From Chiloscyllium plagiosum (taxonomy: Eukaryota), in the NCBI RefSeq assembly GCF_004010195.1, contig NC_057749.1:20796394-20860393 (forward strand): a stretch of DNA of 64,000 bases, written 5' to 3'. The notes under the pieces are model-generated. The model ran no database searches. It saw nothing but the letters and a program-made list of their open reading frames with translations, and had not been told where the DNA came from. The translations under genes and the position numbers were made by a program. Positions 48,975 through 61,809 of this stretch are shown here, piece after piece. Within the stretch, counting starts at the first letter, position 1. Every line of letters starts with the position of its first letter.

Positions 48975-49305
48975 ATAGAGTCACAGCATTGAAACAGACC
49001 CTTTGGTCCAACTTGTCCGTGCCAACCAGGTTTCCCAAACTAAACTAGTCCCATTTGCCTGCATTGGGCCTATATCCCTCTAAACATTTCCTATTCATCC
49101 ACTTATCCAAATGTCCAAATAACTGTACCTGCATCTACTCCTTCCTCTAGCAGTTCATTCCATTAATGTACCACCCTCTGTGTAAAGAAGTTTCCCCTCA
49201 GGTCCCTTTTAAATCTTTCCCCTCTCACTTAAACCTCTAATCTTGAATTCCCATACTCTAGGGAAAAGACCTTTGCTATTCACCTTATCTATGCCCCACA
49301 TGATT
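48975..49305 (-). mobile_element. CR1 3' end
   Basis: tagagtcacagcattgaaacagaccctttggtccaac.. Confidence 0.85.
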
Positions 49306-49679
49306 AATGAGGAAGTACCTTTTCTTTGATACATGGTCGCCTGTTAAATAATGTTCACTATGCATTGCTTCTCGTTTGTTCGTTACTGTAAATGTCTTGA
49401 AATATTGAATATTGTGCTGTGATTCTATGTCAGCTGCTGGGAAGTTCTTTCTTTGATGTCGATGCGGATCGTAACGCTAGTACTAGATTAAGACTTAAAA
49501 TGTTTAAAGACAGCGTGCTGTTTAGTCTGGAAATAATGCGTTTGAGATGTACAAAAGTCAAATCTGGAATATTTCTTTAGAGGGGGAACAGGTTCAAACT
49601 ATCAAAAGTTAATTTCAGAGATATGATGAGATTCTACTCATTCATGTGATAAATACCTCAAGTAGACTTCCTGACAGGG

Positions 49680-49815
49680 TAGTAGGATTGTGGGAGGAAA
49701 CCAGAGCAAACACGGGGAGAATGTGCAAACTCCACACAGACAGTCGGCCGAGGCCGGAATCGAACCTGGGTCCCTGTGAGGCAGCAATGCTAACCACTGA
49801 GACACCGTGCCACCC
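49680..49815 (-). mobile_element. HE1-type SINE 5' fragment
   Basis: ggggagaatgtgcaaactccacacagac..gctaaccactgagacaccgtgccaccc. Confidence 0.85.
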
Positions 49816-50067
49816 AAATATTCTGACAGATGCATAGTTTAGATTAATTTTCTCATTCCATTCAGTCTAATACTGTAAAGAGGAGAAAATAGCAGGAACA
49901 CAGCTGGAGGCCCAGTAGAGACTAGAGAGGCTGAAAGGAGTGAAATAAATTTTAAATCTAAAGTTAAAAGTTTATTTACTGAATAATGTTGAGCAATAAA
50001 ACTTCATGGAAAACTTTAAACTTAACTGGATCAGATTGAAATCACCAGATCTGAAAGAACACCATCC

Positions 50068-50385
50068 AGGGTGGCACAGTGGCTCAGTGGTTAGCACTGC
50101 TGCCTCACAGCACTAGGATCCCGGGTTTGATTCCAGCCTCGGGTGGCTGTCTGTGTGGAGTTTGCACATTCTCCCCGTGTCTGCGTGGGTTTCCTCCGGG
50201 TGCTCTGGTTTCTTCCCACAGTCCAAAGATGTGCAGGTCAGGTGAATTGGCCATGCTAAATAGCCCATAGTGTTAGGTGCATTAGTCAGAGGGAAATGGG
50301 TCTGGGTGGGTTACTCTTCAGAGGGTCGGTGTGGACCGGCTGGGCCAAAAGGCCTGTTTCCACACTGTAGGGAATCTAATCTAAT
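50068..50385 (+). mobile_element. Full-length HE1-type SINE
   Basis: gggtggcacagtggctcagtggttagc..aatctaatctaa. Confidence 0.92.
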
Positions 50386-52079
50386 AATGGAAAGATCAAA
50401 AGGTAAGTGTGATGTTAAATCAACTTATTTACTAACAACAAACAATTTGCATTTATATAGTGCTCTTAAGAGATCCCAAGTTTCCTCACATGGCATAGTT
50501 AGGAACATGGGTTGGGGCAACATTATAGAAAATTCTCTTAAGAAGTGAATTTGGTACTCGAATGGTGATAGTGGATGTTATCTCAAGTTTGCCCATGCAA
50601 AGATTGACCTCTTGCTTGGAAATGACCATACAGGCTGGGGTGTTGCCTGCCAGAACTCCAGAACAATCTAGAAAGGCTAAACAGACTGAACAACTTCAGC
50701 TAGATTCTGTAACATTGTGGACAGCTTGAAAAATGTTGGATGTCTCCCCTGAAGGTTGAAACAGCTCAGCTAAAATCCAAAGAACAAATCAGGGAACAGA
50801 GAAATCCGCAAGGAGTCAAGAAGCATTGAGGGAGATGCCCCATTTTGTCAAAGAGTATGAGGGAAGTCACGTGGTAGATAAAAGGAGTGGAATGGACAGA
50901 CAGGATCAACCATATTGTATCCTGAGCAAGTTGTAGAAATAAAGGCAACTGGACTCAGACTTAAAGATCCATTACAACCTCAACATGCTGAGCGTAAAAT
51001 TAAAAGGCAAACTCATAATATTGGAGAAAGAAATTGAACCTTACAGCAGTGGATAATGCTTGGAAAGAATTTAAATAAAATCTCATCAGACTGGGATCAG
51101 GAGAAGCTGCTATTTTTTAGAATCTTTAGAGAACAAACCAGGCACAAATATTAAACAATTTTGTTTGAATGTAAAAAAAGCACTAATGACATTCTTGTAA
51201 CTACTACCATAAAGGGGTTTGACTAGAAAAAGGACAAGTTGCTGACACAGAAAGAGGTTGGGAGGATATGAAATATGTAATTCTGGGAAGTGAATAGGAA
51301 ATGCTTCCAGATGTAAAACTGATAGCATTAACTATGGAGCTATCTGGTGCATTCTTTGTTGACCTCAACAGTGAGGAAGATACAGATAGAAAGTCAAACA
51401 AAGCACCAAAATTAAAAACAGTTCAAACTAATGTAAAAATTATGAAAAAGTGGAAGAATTTTTTTTGATGAAACATAATTAGACAATAAGAGCAAGTTGT
51501 ATTGCATCAGCCACTATATACATACAGAGAAAATTGTGTGTTTCTGATCATTTATCTCCACAATTTAATCTATTAAATGCATCTAGAGATATTTCAGTTT
51601 TTTGATATTAACAAAGGTACATCTGTACAGTTATTGTATTGTATATTTCGTAAAGACAGGTAGTCTCTCTTTAACTAGACACAAAGAGCCTAAGAAAATG
51701 GCTGCAAGGAATCACATGCCACCCCCGCCTAACGTTTTTTTATTTCCTTCAGCCAGAAGAGCAGACAGGTTGCCATGTTATCCCAACATCAACCAGAAGA
51801 AATCAATTAGAATTTGATTATGTTTTGTACAACAGAATGGGTCCTTCTAAAGAATTCAAATCTGTCAAAAATAAAGGCGATCTTGAAGGATAACCCTCCT
51901 CCTCCCTCCCACTCCTACAGAATTGCAGCTTTATTCACTTTACTTTGTAGAACAGGAACTCAGCAAAATGAACATAGTAGCCATTATACGTTTGATCTGT
52001 TTCAAACAAATTATGAGACACCATTTTAAGTAGGAGCACCACCTGGGTGAAAGGTTATCAGTGGTAGGTGGGAATATGG

Positions 52080-52680
52080 AGTAATCAGATTAGCCACACA
52101 TTTATTTAAATAGCAGAGTGGGTTGAAGGGAACGAGTGGCCTGCTCCTGTTCCTAACTCATGTGTTTGTAGGTAATCAAATCACTCAGAACTTCAAGCTA
52201 TTTACATTCTTCACTACAGAATCATTCTTGGTGCATCATTTTTGTACTTTCTCTAATACCTTCACATATTTCTGTAAGCAGTGTCCAGAATCAGGCACAA
52301 TATTTCACGAAGCCAAACAGCATTTTATATAAGGTTAACGTAATTTCCTTGCCCTTGTACTCTTAACCTTAGTGAATGATACTGAATGCTTTATTAATTG
52401 CTTTCTCAACCTGTCTTTTCATTTAAATGATTTATGGACATATTCACGTATGTTCCTCTGCTCCTGCTCCTGCTTTAAACTTGTACCTTTTTGATTATGT
52501 ATTCTCTCGAAAATGAAGTATTTCACTTTCTCTGCATTGAACTGTATCTGCCATCGGTCTGCTTGTTGCACTAACTTGTCTCTCCATTTGAAATTATACT
52601 AGCCTCCCCACAGATCACAATGCTCCAAATTTCGTATCATTTGTAGATTTTAAAATTATTCTCTGTACTCCAAACTCTGC
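52080..52680 (-). mobile_element. Very old CR1 remnants
   Basis: ccaaatttcgtatcatttgtag (reverse of a K..DDTK-like motif), taatttccttgcccttgtactc. Confidence 0.5.
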
Positions 52681-53099
52681 AAGAATATATGGGAGAAATG
52701 TTTCCTTACTGTTCGAGTGTGGTCCCTCCTAATGCAAATCCCTTTCTGCCTTCCAAAATTACCTTGGTCATCACTGTTCCTGACACTTTTCTCTTGGCTC
52801 TACAAGTTTCAAGGTTTCAATTGACGCTTTAGAAGTATTTAAGGTATTTAAATAACTGAAAACCTGTTCCTTGCCACAGTTGGGAATGTGGCTTTTCCAC
52901 TGCAAGGGTGGGGTTCCCAAACGAAACAGAGTTGTGAAAGTCTGCCACTTAAATCGCAAGGAACACTTTTACCCGTCACTAATCACAATATGCCATTTAA
53001 ACTATTCCCATTTCCAGACTTTCCACATTTACTGCTAGGGAAGATTTTTTCTGAAACTCCTGGTATTATAGAGTCAGCTTCAATACTCCCTTAAATCTC

Positions 53100-53710
53100 T
53101 TTCTTTTGCTTCCCGGCTAAACATCTTTCACCACTAACATTCACTAGTCCCAGGCGGCCTTTCCTCTGCTCTTGTGGCTTATCATCACCTCTGCTCCCCC
53201 ACCCCAATCCTCACTCCAGTCTGTCTGCCCCAACCAGCTCACTTCTGCCATTTCTTAGCCCAACTCTGACAAATACGTCTTTCATTGCATACTCTACCAC
53301 AGCCTAAAACCAGCCTTCTTCAAGGTTTCAGCTGTACTATTATAAAGAACATCATGGCCAGATCCCAGGTTAAAGCCATGAACATAAACAAACAAAATTT
53401 GACATTGAGGCACATAAGGGGGTATATATAAGGATAAGTGATCCAAAGCTTGGAATGTTTTAAGGAGAGTATTAAAGGAGCGAGAGAGAGAGAGAGAGAG
53501 TTAGGCAAGGAGGTTTAGTGAGAAACTCAAGAACTTAGGGTTGATTAACTGAAGGCATTCGCTCTAATGGAATGATGAAAATCAAAAGAGCTCAAGGCTT
53601 GAATTAGAGGAACACAGATATTGTAGGGCTGGATGAAGTTATAGATAAGGAGGGTGAGACCATTTGCAAATGAGGATAAATATTTTAAAATGAAGGCATT
53701 GCTGGACTGG
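53100..53710. mobile_element. L2-like LINE remnants
   Basis: gtgatccaaagcttgg..ttttaaggagagtattaaagg..gatattgtagggctggatgaagttatagataaggagggtgagacc, typical of L2 3' ends on minus strand; similar piece 43690-43900. Confidence 0.5.
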
Positions 53711-54369
53711 GATGTCCTTCTCCTCTCTCTTTCCCTTCTCTCTCTCTGTCTGGCCTTTCTCTCTATGTCTCCCCTTCCTTCTGTCCGTGTCTTCCCTCTC
53801 TCTGATGTTTTCCTCTCTGCTGTGCCCATTCTGGGCCATGACAGTAGGAATATATAGTTGTTGTGGCTATTTCTTTGTTTTCCATCACAGCACATGCTTC
53901 AACCTCCATCTCTATACCCAGGGGCGAAGTGCAGAGCAAGCCGCAAAGGGGGTCTGGAAAAGGAACTGCTACAAATCCAGCAAGATTCACGGCTTAGGTA
54001 GGATGCCACGTGCATCAGACAAAGTGTAATTTGTAAATAAAGCTTGTACAATTTGAGTGTTCGGTAAGTATTAGTGTTCATTAACTAAGTTGCACATTTT
54101 ATTTTTATTTTAGGTTTACTTTGCAATAAAAGTTTTTAAATGATCTATAAGTGTCTTTGCTGCACTTCTATCATGTTCAAGCTTGATTCTGTTAACCAGT
54201 TTAAAGTGGAGGTTGATTCACCAATATTGTTTAAATCTGATTCAGTGTTAAAAGTTGCATAAGTTTAAAGTCATTTTGGAGAAACAATTACGTTTAAACT
54301 ATAAATGTGCATGATGCACCCTTCATTGAGAGCAGATGAGCACTGTGTGAGGCAGACTACAGAAAGCTA

Positions 54370-55080
54370 CAGAACAGAGATTTGGGAATCCTCATCTTTG
54401 AATCACAAAAAGCAAGCAGCCACGTTCAGTGGTTAATAGGGAAGGCAAATGAAACGTTGACCTTTATTTCAGAAGGAATGGAATATAAGAGTAGGGAGGT
54501 TTTTCTAAAGTAATACAAGGCACAATTGGGCCACAGCTCGAATATTGTGATCAGTTTTGGTCCCCTTTATTTAAGGAAAGATATACTGGCATTGGAGGCA
54601 GTCCCCTGAAGGTTCACTAGGCTGATACCCAAAAATGGAGGGACTGTCTTATGAGAAGACGTTGAATAAGTTGGGCCTGTACTCATGGGAATTCAGGAGA
54701 ATGAGAAGCAACTTCGTTGAAACACAAGGCTCACTTAACAGGGTAGATGCAGAGAGGTTTTTTTCACTTTGTGGGAAAGTCTAGGACCAGTGGGCATAAT
54801 CTCAGAATAAGGGGTTGCTTCTTTTAAGACAGGAGGAGGAATTCCTTCACCCAGAGTTTGGTGTATCTATGGGATTCTTTTACCACAGAGGGCTGTTGAG
54901 GTCATTAGGTATTTTCAAGGCTGAGATAGGCAGATTTTTAATCAGTAAGGGAATTAAGGGTTATGGTGAAAAGGCAAGGAAGTGAAGTTAAGGATTATCA
55001 GATAAGCCATGATTTTACTGAATGACAGAAAAGACTCAATAGCCTTAATGGCCTATTTCTGCTAATTCATCTTACAGTTT
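54370..55080 (+). mobile_element. Old CR1 3' fragment
   Basis: LEYCDQFWSP..RKDILALEAV..RFTRLIP; taatggcctatttctgct tail. Confidence 0.82.
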
Positions 55081-56789
55081 TATATAAGGTACCAGTATGA
55101 GCCCGAGGTATCAGCTGACTGCACAGTTGCTAGCAAGAACTGTGTCCCATTGGTGGCAATGAACTAGGATGTTCCTGGTACTAACTGCCCAGGACCAGGC
55201 GAGAATTTGCTGGTGGCCAAGTGGGGTCTACAAATCTCATGCAGTTTTAAGTACCGGCAGACTACTGCTTCTCCTGGGTGGCATAGTTAGGTGATAGGGC
55301 TAATAGCTTTTTGCTTTTCTCACTGGCACCTGGAAACCCTCCATCCCCGCAATCTCCTTCTTGGCATTCCCATATCAAGCCGTCACTATCCCAGTGCTGT
55401 AGGACCAACCATTCAGCAACTTCCACTATTCAGATCTAGTGTTCAGATCCAGTGTTTAGATCCAGAATCCTTTTCTCACTGCATGCTCCAACCTTCAATT
55501 GCCTACCACCTTCACTCTTTCCTCACTCTTTTATTCAATAATTTGACAAGTCCACATTTGTGATCGATCTCTTGATTTGCTAATGTTCCCATGAAACTCA
55601 GTTATTATTGCTGTGAACCTGCCCTTACACTTCACACTTCTCATTCCTTCTATAAAATGTCACAGTATACACAAACAAAAGGGGGAGAACATGTAAGTTC
55701 AGGGGTGGAAGCTCATAGATTCACATAAATTAACAGGCAAAAGATGGAGGAAAATAGAGGCAAGAAGCAAAATGTGGATGCAGAAAGTCTGAAATTGAAA
55801 TGTGGTGAGCCTCAGTGAGCCACCAGTGCTGGAAAGCAGATAGAAGAAAAGCTGATATCTGTCTATGAGAAATTCTCTCCTGGAAGTCTGATGCATGGGA
55901 ACACTATTTTCTCAGAAATCTTTGTTTTTCATCCTTCCCTGACTCCAGCTCCTGTTCACCTTACATCTCTAAATGGAACTGGGAAGATATGGCAAAGGCC
56001 CTAGTTGCAAAAGTTAGTTTTCAAAGTAGAGTTCTGCAGAAAGGCCAAAGATCTCAAGATATAGGTTGTGAAGCCTGTAGTAGGACAAGGCGGAAGTTAA
56101 AATGAGCAACGTGGTGATCAGAGCCATACTTGTGGCCAAAATGGTGGAGTTTGTTGAGGGGATCACTGAGGGGGAGATTATCCTAGGCAGGACCTGCTTT
56201 CTTCTTAAGTGCCCTTGTTCGCCATATTTTCATTTGAGGAAGGTAAAGGAGTTGGGATGGTTGCCCTAGGGGGCAGTTTGGAGGAGCCATGGAGACAGCT
56301 AGGGCCAGGGATAGTTGATAAGAAGGCCTGTGAGACTTTGGCCGGGTATTAAAGTCTCTTAGGCCCTCACCATTCCCAGCAAATTTGCCTGTCTGATTCA
56401 TGTCCTGTCCCTCTTCCTGACCAATGAAAATGCTGAAAATGGAGGAATGGATTCCTGCATCTGGACGTGCCCAATATTTTGAAAGACTCTTAACTTGAAT
56501 GGGTGAAAATCCACGCTTCAGTGTTTGTTTGGTGCCTCATTGTTGTGGAGACCGTGCTATGAGTTACAAACAGACTGGAGGACACAAAGATAAACTGCCA
56601 TCTCATCTGATGGACTGCTCAGTCTTCCATGTACATTGGGAAAGCTAAGCAAGTAGAGGCAACTCTAAACAGCACAGTGGTGGAGTGAATGGATTAGCAG
56701 GCCTGAGAAGGTTTTGATTTAAAACCGTATTGCGCAACCTGGTGAGAGGAAAAAATATTAAAGATGTTAAAGGAGCAACATTTTTAAAA

Positions 56790-57350
56790 ATTATTTCATC
56801 ATGGGAATTGGGTGTTATTGGTTGTGTTTTTTTTTTAAAATGTATTCACTTGTGGGATGTGGGGATTGCTGACTTGTTCCTAAAAGCCCTTGAGAAAGTA
56901 GTGGTGAGCTGCTCTCTTGAACCGCTGCAGTGCACCTTCAGCGAAGGAATTCCACGATTTTGACACAGCGACATGAAGGAGCGGTGATATATTTCCAAGT
57001 CAGGATGGTAAGAGGCTTGGAGGGGAACTTGCAGGTGGTTGTGTTCCTGCTACCTTCTCGATGGAAGTGGTAGTGAATTTGGAAGGTGCTGTTGAAGGAT
57101 CTTCGGTGAATTTCTGCACATACTGAGTGTCAGTGATGGAGAGAGTGGATGTTTGTGGATGGTATACCTCTGAAGCAGGCTACTTTGTCCTGGATGGTGT
57201 CAAGCTTCTTGAGTTTTTTTTTGAGTTGCGCCCATCCAGGCAAGTGGGGAGTAATCCATCACGCTCCTGACTTGTACTTTGTAGATGGTGGACAGCCTCT
57301 GGGGACTCAGGTGCATTACTTGCTGCAGGATTCCTAACTGCTGACTTGTT
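56790..57350 (-). mobile_element. CR1/L2-group LINE 3' fragment, same family as 17930-18460
   Basis: LSTIYKVQVRSVMDYSPLAWMGA in ORF 57200-57724; tail attcacttgtgggatgtggg. Confidence 0.78.
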
Positions 57351-58110
57351 AGCAGTGCTAACAACTCAGCCACTGTGCCATAGATGTGGGGACTGCGTAT
57401 AATATTTCTAAGTTCATGGATAGCACAAAGCAAAGTGGGAAAGTGTGCTGTGAAGAAGATGTAAAGTGACTTCAAGAGGATTTGGACAGACTTACTCAGT
57501 AGGCAAAAACATGGCACATGGAATATTACACAGAAAAAATTGAGGTGAACCACTTTGGGAGGAAGAACAAATTTTATAGTATTCCTTAAATGGTAAGAGG
57601 TAGTTTCACACTCCTGGGAACAAGTCTGGTAAATCTTTGTTGCACTCCCTCTATGGCAATGAATATTCTTCATAATTTGAAGACAATAAAATTGCACACA
57701 GTTCTCCATGTGCCAATCTAACAATTAAAGTTAGACCTCCTCATTCTTGTGCTCAAATTCTCCAGCAATAAAGACAAACATACCATTAACCTTCCTACCT
57801 GCATTTCAATGACTTATTCATGAGGACTCTTAGGTGCCTTTGTACATCTACACTTTCTAAACTCTTACCATTTAAGGAATACTATAAAATTTGTTCTTCC
57901 TCCCAAAGTGGTTCACCTCAATTTTTTCTGTGTAATATTCCATGTGCCATGTTTTTGCCTACTGAGTAAGTCTGTCCAAATCCTCTTGAAGTCACTTTAC
58001 ATCTTCTTCACAGCACACTTTCCCACTTTGCTTTGTGCTATCCATGAACTTAGAAATATTATATGCAGTCCCCACATCTATGGCACAGTGGATGAGTTGT
58101 TAGCACTGCT
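57351..58110. repeat. Long inverted repeat, arms 57351-57599 and 57862-58110 (249 bp)
   Basis: Reverse-complement match with only two mismatches seen; same peptide appears in ORFs 57200-57724(-) and 57908-58246(+). Confidence 0.96.
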
Positions 58111-58660
58111 GCCTCACAGTGCCAGGGACTCAGGTTTGATTCCAACCTCAGGTGACTGTCTGTGTGGAGCTTGCACATTCTTCCTGTGTCTGTGTGGGTT
58201 TCTTCCCACAATCCAAAGATGTGCAGGTTATATTAATTTGGTTTAGCCAAGCTAAATTGCCCATAGTGTTCAGGGTGTGTAGGCTAGATGCATTAGTCAA
58301 GGGTAAATATAGGACAATAGGGTCAAGGAATGGGTCTGAGTGGGTTACTTTTCGGAGGGTCGGTGTGGACTTGTTGGGCTGAAGGGCCTGTTTCCATACT
58401 GTAGGGATTCTATGAAATCATTGATATATATTGAGAACAGTTGGGACCCAAGTGCTGAACCCTGTGGCACCCCACTAGTTGCTTCCCAAAATAAGAATAA
58501 CCCATTTATTCTTACTCTGTTTTCTGCTCATTAGCCAACCCTTAACTCACACCATTACGTTAGCAAAGTAAATCACATACAATTGGAGGTAGAGGACTTT
58601 GTTGAAAGTGTCTTGAATTCAAGTATATTATATCCACTAATTCCCCTCTATCGAGTCTGT
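57600..58660 (-). mobile_element. Old CR1 RT fragment interrupted by a HE1 SINE (58080-58415, +)
   Basis: gaaccctgtggcaccccactagt (SGVPQGS reversed); SINE V domain at 58155-58200. Confidence 0.8.
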
Positions 58661-58669
58661 TAGTAACAT

Positions 58670-58960
58670 TTTTGTAAAGCTGTTTACTGAGCAACCTACA
58701 TTCATAAACAAGGACCTGTCCTCTCTAAATGAAAGGAATATGTTCAAGCTCTGGCCATTTTATTGAATTACTGGAACCATGGGGAGCATATAATTCTCCA
58801 TGGCAATGTCTTGGCCAATCAGAGTTGACTGACCATCCAATTAAATTTCTTTGCTTCTTATCGAGTAAGTTGATCTGATTGTTTGAAATTTGGCATTCTT
58901 GCATGTGTCCTGATGCATGCAAGGCAAACAGCTTTGACAAAATGCCTCTCTTCTTAGCAA
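58670..58960 (+). mobile_element. Third-family Penelope 3' fragment with degenerate hammerhead (~58905-58941)
   Basis: ATYIHKQGPVLSK*KEYVQAL GIY-YIG C-terminus-like; tgtc-ctgatgc..aaacagctttgaca. Confidence 0.55.
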
Positions 58961-59146
58961 CTGTTGTGAGATGGCAAATATACTTCCTGCTCATATCACA
59001 TCTCTCAGGATATCTGGAAGCATTTTACAGCCCATCAAAGTACTTTTAAAGATAAAATCAATGACTGCAGCTGCTGGAAACCAGAGTCTAGATTAGAGTG
59101 GTGCTGGAAAAGCACAGCAGTTCAGGCAGCATCCGAGGAGCAGTAA

Positions 59147-59182
59147 AATCGACGTTTCGGGCAAAAGCCCTTCATCAGGAAT
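59147..59182 (-). ncRNA. Minimal hammerhead ribozyme motif
   Basis: Minus strand ATTC-CTGATGA-A-GGGC-TTTT-GCCC-GAAA-CGTC-GATT. Confidence 0.82.
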
Positions 59183-59828
59183 ACAGGCAGAGAGCCTGAA
59201 GGGTAGAGACCCTCTCTGTGGTGCTAATGTCATGGTTAATTAGCAAAGTTGGCATTCCACTTTTCCTAGTTTCCATCTTGTCTAAGCCTCTTGTAACCTT
59301 CAAAATTCAGATCGTACCTTATGTCATCCTGCAGCCACATCTCTGTAATGACCATTTGCATTACCCATTCATCAATTTTGTTTCAAAAACTACGTTTACT
59401 CAGATGAACAGTCTTATTTTTATTCACTTGTGGGGCGTGGACATCACTGGCTGGCCAGCATTTATTTCTTGCCCCTAGTCGCCCTTAATGAGGTAGTGGC
59501 GAGCTGGCTTCTTGAACCGCTGCAGTCCATGTGCTGTAAGTAGACTCACGATGTCTTTAACAGCATCAACGAAACATAATGTTTACGCTGAAGTTCTTGC
59601 TTAGGGGAGCAAAAACACTACCTGGAGACTAAGTGTCCTCACCTTGAAAGTAAAGCAACATCAAGTGAACGTACTGATCAAGGAAATAAGCTTGCTGTCT
59701 CATGGTAAAGTTTTAGCAAGAATGTGGGAATGCATGAAGCGTTACGTGCTTTTCATTGACGCTAAATCAACACTTCATTTCCTAACCCATACTCACTTAT
59801 CTCTCTACCCTTCAGGCTCTCTGCCTGT

Positions 59829-59864
59829 ATTCCTGATGAAGGGCTTTTGCCCGAAACGTCGATT
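59829..59864 (+). ncRNA. Minimal hammerhead ribozyme motif
   Basis: ATTC-CTGATGA-A-GGGC-TTTT-GCCC-GAAA-CGTC-GATT. Confidence 0.82.
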
Positions 59865-60014
59865 TTACTGCTCCTCGGATGCTGCCTGAACTGCTGTGCT
59901 TTTTCAAAGTACTTTTGAAGTCTAGTCATTTTTCAATGTAGCCAATTTGCATAGAGCACTCTTTGATAATCTGATTTAGTGATGTTCAGTAGTCACTGGA
60001 AAGTTTTACTTTTA

Positions 60015-60670
60015 GAGTCATATAGCATGGAAACAGACTCTTTGGTCAAACTAGTCCATGCCGAACATAATCCCATACTAAACTAGTCCAACCAGCCTGC
60101 ACTTGGCCCATCTCCCTCCAAACTTATCTAAAAGTCTTTTAAGTGTAACTGTTGCCACATCCAGCACTTCCATTGGAAGTTCATTCTACACACAAATCAC
60201 TTTCTGCGTTAAAAAAAATTGCCTCTCATGTTTTTTCAACTCTGTCTCCTCTCTTCTTACAAATATGCCCCTTCGTCTTGAAATTCCCCATCCTAGGGAA
60301 AAGATATCTGCCAGTCACTTTATCTGTATGCTTCATTATTTTATAAACCTCTATAAGATCACCTCAATCTCCTATGCTCAAATGAAAAATGTCCCAGCCC
60401 ATCGAGCCTCTCCTTATAACCGAAACCCTCCATTCCCAGAAACATCCTGGTAAATCTCTTCTGAATCCTCTCCTGCTTAATAATATCTTTCCCATAATAG
60501 GGTGATCAGAACTGGACAAAGTACTCTAGAAGAGGCCTCACCACCATCCTGTACAACCTCAACATAATGTCCTAACTCCTATATTCAGAGGTCTGAACAA
60601 TGAAGGCAAGCATGCTAAATGCCTTCTTAACAAACTTATTTATGTGTGATGCAAACTTCAAAGAATTATT
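60015..60670 (-). mobile_element. CR1 3' fragment
   Basis: tagagtcatatagcatggaaacagac.. tail; aacatcctggtaaatctcttctgaatcctctcc (ERIQKRFTRM reversed). Confidence 0.85.
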
Positions 60671-61519
60671 TATATATATATCAACCTTTGCATGCATGAT
60701 GTGACGCACCCAGACTTGAACCAAGATCTTATGGCTCAGAGATAGGGACTAGAGTCTTTTTAATGCCTTGCTAAAGGTACAAGTTTGAGACTGAGTTAAT
60801 TCTCAGTTAGGCTGTGGTTGAGAAGGATGGTAATGTTGAAGTGCCATCTGAAGTCCAAGGTGAGTTGCTACACATTCTACTGAACATGGTAACTTGTGCA
60901 GTCAAATCAACAGTTACCATCTTTGAGATCTTACTACAACTGGCTGATGATATAATGAATTGCAATGCTCTGACAAAATGCTTGCTCTCTTGGACATTGT
61001 TCATAAGTATTATGTAGGTGGATAAATCCATTAAAGCAAATAATTTCCTTTTATTAAGCTGAATATGACTGAGTGTGTTTTTGAACCAGGTTTAAATGGA
61101 CTGGTAAATGTGTGTTAAACCCCTGCATAAAATAATTCACCCTCTGGCCTTGGAGATACATACCCTCCTTAAATTGAGCTCTGATTCATTCGCTTAGCTA
61201 TTGTGCTTTCTGCTCCTTATGTAAATTCACTTGCAGAGGTTAGTTTCCATTCAACAACCTTGTTATCAACAATTAGCTGGTTGGAATAATTAGATTTGTC
61301 CATTTTAGTCATTTCAATCGCTTTGGAAGGGCCTTTCCTTGGTGTGAACAACTATTTTTGTTTGCACGTAAGCCCCTGGATTTGGCTATACTGTATTCAA
61401 TTATTTTGCATTGTGTTTATACCACACAGTTGTCCAAGTGAGCATTTGAATATGAACAGGTTCTTGTTTTTCATTTTATCTATACGTGACATTTTCCTCT
61501 TGGGTGTTTGTTAATAAAT

Positions 61520-61730
61520 AAAGTCACCACAGTCTTACCATTAACATAGGACTACTCTCCCATTAGAGAGAGTGACTGGTGGGTGCTTGAGGGTCACCGT
61601 GCCTCAGGCAAGGCAGAGGTTGAGAAGGAGAGCTCTTCATGGTAACCTCAGCTGGTATGGAATTGAACCCGCACTGTTGGCATCACACTGCATTTCAAAC
61701 TAGCCATCGAGTTAACTGAACTAACCAAAT
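61520..61730 (-). mobile_element. tRNA-derived SINE (non-HE1)
   Basis: ggaattgaaccc (B box reversed) and aactgaactaacc (A box reversed). Confidence 0.65.
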
Positions 61731-61809
61731 AATATTGATGTGTTCTGTATTAGAATCCTCAGCATAGGCTCAGATTATTCCAGTGGCTGTTTTTGCTGTC
61801 CGTCTTTTT

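Larger units (their letters stand above)
59035..59916. mobile_element. Penelope-bounded composite insertion (inverted pLTRs + ~590 bp unrelated DNA) with 13-bp TSD, inside an old Deu-type SINE tail
   Basis: tcaaagtactttt at 59035-59047 and 59904-59916; arms 59108-59209 / 59802-59903 identical by eye. Confidence 0.88.

Noticed and set aside
53545..53895. Arg/Glu-rich ORF
   Set aside because: Translation of a CT-rich low-complexity tract.
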